Shown: positions 60,639 through 64,000 of the stretch, in pieces | How positions within the stretch are numbered: the first letter of the stretch is position 1 | How the letters are laid out: the number at the start of each line of letters is the position of its first letter | Assembly (NCBI GenBank): GCA_965205945.1 | Contig: CBDBIB010000002.1 | Coordinates: 67,614 to 131,613 of the forward strand | Direction: 5' to 3' | From: Bdellovibrionales bacterium | Lineage (GTDB): Bacteria > Bdellovibrionota > Bdellovibrionia > Bdellovibrionales > UBA1609 | Length of the DNA stretch: 64,000 nt | Program-made: the position numbers and the translations under genes | The notes under the pieces: model-generated | Databases searched by the model: none | What the model was told of the DNA's origin: nothing | Seen by the model: the letters and a program-made list of their open reading frames with translations, nothing else

Positions 60639-61699
60639 ATGAGTAGATCAGAAGACCCAAAGCTTTTTGAGCAAAGAAAAAAAGATCATATTAAATGGTC
60701 TTTAAATAACAAATCTCAAGTAGGACTGTCTCCTTCTAAACAAGTTAAATTAATACATGATCCGCTCCCAGAAATTAATTTTAAAGATATAAAAATAAAG
60801 AGTTCATCTAGATTTTTAAAAACTCAAAGCCATTAATGGTGAGTTCTATGACCGGAGGCTATAAAGAAGCGTTTAAGGTTAATAAAATTTTAATGCAGGC
60901 TTGTTTAAATAAGAATTGGGCTTTTTCTATAGGGTCATTAAGAAAAGAACTAGAGATGATACATTTAAATGAACTTAGTAAAGAGTGGGTGGTTTTAAGA
61001 AAAGACTTTTTAAAATCAATGGATTTAATTGGTAATATTGGAATAGCTCAATTGATTTCACATAAAATCAAAGATATTCAAAAACTTTGTAAACTCTATG
61101 AACTTAAGGGTCTTTATATTCATTTAAATCCTTTACAAGAAGTGATTCAGCCTGAAGGCAATACAAATTTTAAAGGTGGTTTAGGGGCATTAAAGAATTT
61201 AACAGAAAATTTAGACGTGCCAGTGTTTTTAAAAGAAACAGGCACTGGTTTTTCAAAGCAAACATTTAAAAAAATTAAAAATTTAAATTTATCGGCAGTG
61301 GATGTTTCAGGTTTTGGTGGAACTCATTGGGGGCGTATTGAAGGCTTAAGGTCACAAGAAGAATCTATATTTTATAAAGCATCAAAAACATTTAAGGACT
61401 GGGGAGTAACAACTGTTGAGAGCCTGGAGGCTGGAAATGTTATATTAAAAGACAGTTCTACAGAACTATGGGCCTCAGGAGGCCTTAGATCAGGTCTTGA
61501 TGCGGCAATATGCTTTGCTTTAGGAGCAAAGTTTTGTGGCTTTGCAGGCCCTATGGTTAGAGCCGGACTTAAGGGTTTAAGAGCTGTGGAGTCATTAATG
61601 GATCAAATTGAATATGAGCTAAAAATTGCTTTGTTTTGCACTGGAACCTGCTCTATTAATGAGCTTAACAAAGAAAAGGTTTTAGAGTATGGAGCGTAA
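60639..61699 (+). pseudogene. fni: type 2 isopentenyl-diphosphate delta-isomerase, -1 frameshift as sequenced
   Basis: ORF1 (QRKKDHI..SSRFLKTQ) and ORF2 (MVSSMTGG.., LKETGTG, GGTHW, ASGGLRSG) are the two parts of one IDI-2. They join as ..QKPLMVSSMTGG if one A is added to the run at 60826-60828. Confidence 0.85.
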
Positions 61700-62996
61700 T
61701 TTAAAAGGGTTTTCAAAATTAAATAGATATGAGCGCTTTTCTAAGCTTCAAGAAATGGGGTTTTTAGAAAAAGAAGATATTAAGCTTTTAAAAGAATCTT
61801 TGTTTTTAAAAAAAGATTTAGCTGAAGATTTTATTGAAAATTCTTTAGGGTATTTTCCCATTCCTTACGGAGTGGTGACACATTTAAAGGTTAATGGAAA
61901 AAAAATACTGGTTCCCATAGCTGTTGAAGAGACTTCAATTATAGCAGCAGCAAGTAAAACATCTAAATGGATAAATGATAATAAGGGATTTATTCGAACA
62001 AACAGAGTTTCTCGTGAAGGTATTGGACAGATTCAGTTTTCGCATATTAAAGATAAAGAAAAATTTTGTAAGATTGTAGAACTTAGTAGCCCTGAGTGGG
62101 TTAAACTTTGTAATAAATCTATTGCTAAATCTTTATTTAAAAGAGGTGGTGGAGTAAAAAGATTTACCCCTAGAATTATAAAGCGTCCTGATAAAGGCTT
62201 TATGGGTGTGATACATGCTTATGTAGATACATGTGAAGCTATGGGTGCAAATGTAATCAATCAGGTTTGTGAGTTTATGCAGCCTACCCTAGAAGCTGAG
62301 CTTTTAGAAACTCCAACTATATGCATTCTTTCAAATTTAATGGATTCAAATTTGACAAAAGTTACAGTTGAATTTGAAGTTGATTCTAAGCTTGGTTATA
62401 AAATACAGGAAGCATCATATTTTGCAGAAGTTGATTCCTATAGGGCTGCCACTAATAATAAAGGCATTATGAACGCGATTGATTCTGTTTTAATAGCTAC
62501 AGGGAATGACTGGAGAGCTGTTGAGGCAGGGGCTCACTCTTATGCGGCAAGAAGTGGAAAATACTCATCTTTAGCAACATGGAGATTTACTCCTTATAAA
62601 GATATTTCTTTAAAAGGGCTTTTAAAAGGTGTTATGCAAATACCAATTTCCATAGGAACAGTGGGAGGGGTAACAAAGCTTCATCCTTTTGCACGGCTTT
62701 CTATGAAGCTTACTGGATCTAATAATGTTGATGACCTTGCTGGAGTTGTAGCTGCCATAGGTCTGGTTCAAAACCTTGGTGCTTTAAGAGCTCTTACAAC
62801 GGTTGGAATTATTAAAGGGCATATGAGACTCCATATTAAGAATTTAGCTTTAGGGGCTGGAGCTAAAGAGAATGAAGCTTCTCATTTACAAAAGAAACTA
62901 GAAGAGGTTTTAAAAATAACAAAAAGAATTTCTTTATCTCAGGCTAAAGAAGTTTTAACTGAAATGCGATCAGTTTTAAAAGTTAAAAGATCTTAA
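61689..62996 (+). CDS. mvaA: class II hydroxymethylglutaryl-CoA reductase
   Basis: EETSIIAAASK, EAMGANVINQ, GTVGG and GHMRLH motifs. 435 aa. Confidence 0.9.
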   Translation: MERNLKGFSKLNRYERFSKLQEMGFLEKEDIKLLKESLFLKKDLAEDFIENSLGYFPIPYGVVTHLKVNGKKILVPIAVEETSIIAAASKTSKWINDNKGFIRTNRVSREGIGQIQFSHIKDKEKFCKIVELSSPEWVKLCNKSIAKSLFKRGGGVKRFTPRIIKRPDKGFMGVIHAYVDTCEAMGANVINQVCEFMQPTLEAELLETPTICILSNLMDSNLTKVTVEFEVDSKLGYKIQEASYFAEVDSYRAATNNKGIMNAIDSVLIATGNDWRAVEAGAHSYAARSGKYSSLATWRFTPYKDISLKGLLKGVMQIPISIGTVGGVTKLHPFARLSMKLTGSNNVDDLAGVVAAIGLVQNLGALRALTTVGIIKGHMRLHIKNLALGAGAKENEASHLQKKLEEVLKITKRISLSQAKEVLTEMRSVLKVKRS

Positions 62997-63023
62997 AATT
63001 AGAAAATTTAAAGGGGATAACAA

Positions 63024-63836
63024 GTGAATATACCCAGCAAAACATTTTTAATGGGTGAATACACTGTTTTAAATGATGGGAGCGCTTTAGTGCTTGCACA
63101 TGAACCATTTTTTATTGTAAAAAATAAAATCCCTAAAAAAACCCTTCACCCAGAGAGTCCTGCTGGAAAGTTTTTAAAACAAAAAAGTAAAGAACAGAAT
63201 TTTAGTTTTTTTGACCCACATAAACAATCAGGTGGTTTTGGTAGTTCAACGGCAGAATACTTAGCGGCATATAAAAGTGTATTTCCTGATGCTAGTATAG
63301 ATGAGATACTAAAAACTTATTTTAAAAATTTTGAAGAAGTTAAAATTAAACCTAGTGGTGCTGACTTATGTGTGCAGTCTTATTATAAAAAAGGTGTTTT
63401 AGAATATAAAAAAAAACCATTAGACCATAGTTTATACGACTGGCCGTTTAAGGATTTAGATATTTTGATTTTTAAAACAAAAGATAAAATAAAAACACAT
63501 AGTCATTTAGATGTTGTTTATTTAAAAAATTTAAGAACTCTAGGAGTAATAGCGAAAAAAGCTATTGATTTTTTTAAAGTAGGAGATTCTTTAGGTTTTT
63601 TAAATTCAGTGGATTTATTTACAAAGGAACAGGCAATGCAAAGATTGCTTCATAAAAACACAATAAGACTTATATATGAAGTAAATCAAATAAAAGGGGT
63701 ACATACATCTCGTGGTTGTGGTGCTATGGGAGCAGATGTCTTAACTGTGTTTGTAAAGCCTTATTTAAAAGAGTATGTTTGTGAACAAGTATTAAGTAAA
63801 GGCTTGGGTTTAAAGGTTGTATTAAAAGTATTATAG
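63024..63836 (+). CDS. GHMP-family kinase, phosphomevalonate-kinase-like (could be mevalonate kinase)
   Basis: FLMGEYTVLNDGSALVLA N-terminus and GGFGSSTAEYLAAY GHMP motif. Lies between mvaA and mvaD. GTG start. Short at 270 aa. Confidence 0.65.
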   Translation: MNIPSKTFLMGEYTVLNDGSALVLAHEPFFIVKNKIPKKTLHPESPAGKFLKQKSKEQNFSFFDPHKQSGGFGSSTAEYLAAYKSVFPDASIDEILKTYFKNFEEVKIKPSGADLCVQSYYKKGVLEYKKKPLDHSLYDWPFKDLDILIFKTKDKIKTHSHLDVVYLKNLRTLGVIAKKAIDFFKVGDSLGFLNSVDLFTKEQAMQRLLHKNTIRLIYEVNQIKGVHTSRGCGAMGADVLTVFVKPYLKEYVCEQVLSKGLGLKVVLKVL

Positions 63837-63845
63837 GAAATGACA

Positions 63846-64000
63846 ATGAATAAAAAAAAATGGAATGCTAAAGCACCCTCTAATATAGCATTGATTAAGT
63901 ATATGGGTAAAAAAGATGAAAGGCTTAATATTCCTGATAATCCATCACTTTCTTATACATTACCACATTTGCTAACTAAAGTTGAACTTGAGATGACAGA
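63846..64000 (+). CDS. mvaD: diphosphomevalonate decarboxylase (5' part, runs off the window)
   Basis: Hand translation gives MNKKKWNAKAPSNIALIKYMGKKDERLNIPDNPSLSYTL.., matching the APxNIAxIKYWGK signature. Confidence 0.8.
   Translation, partial: MNKKKWNAKAPSNIALIKYMGKKDERLNIPDNPSLSYTLPHLLTKVELEMT

Overview
AT-rich bacterial chromosomal window, about 60 genes. The core is the conserved translation/transcription block: tRNA-Thr/Tyr/Gly/Thr, tuf, tRNA-Trp, secE, nusG, rplKAJL, rpoBC, rpsLG, fusA. Housekeeping genes flank it: hemW-grpE-J-protein, a double M16 peptidase, tatA/tatC, folD-gcvT-gcvH, clpB, a cysteine desulfurase with mnmA, mtaB, rnc-era-der, and a mevalonate-pathway operon. Accessory or unusual content: (1) an orphan Flp/Tad pilin module. 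(2) A decayed ~3.5 kb islet at tRNA-Leu, bounded by degenerate copies of the tRNA 3' end, carrying a Fic protein and transposase remnants. (3) A Lys-rich 10x10-aa repeat protein with an acidic tail. (4) A 2178-aa fibre/adhesin-like gene with 3.4 near-identical 969-bp repeats and DUF285-type repeats. (5) About 90 bp upstream of that gene, a 456-bp ORF-free AT-rich segment bracketed by 43-bp near-perfect inverted repeats. I consider this the best candidate for something new: an invertible switch, or alternatively a MITE. (6) Five single-base frameshifts within 2.2 kb, hitting an NSS transporter, an OMP, rpmI, rplT and fni; these are most likely sequence-quality artefacts. The gene content (mevalonate route, tail-fibre-like adhesin, Flp pili) suggests a Bdellovibrionota-like predatory lineage, but that is inference only. 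No CRISPR array, rRNA or intact mobile element was seen.
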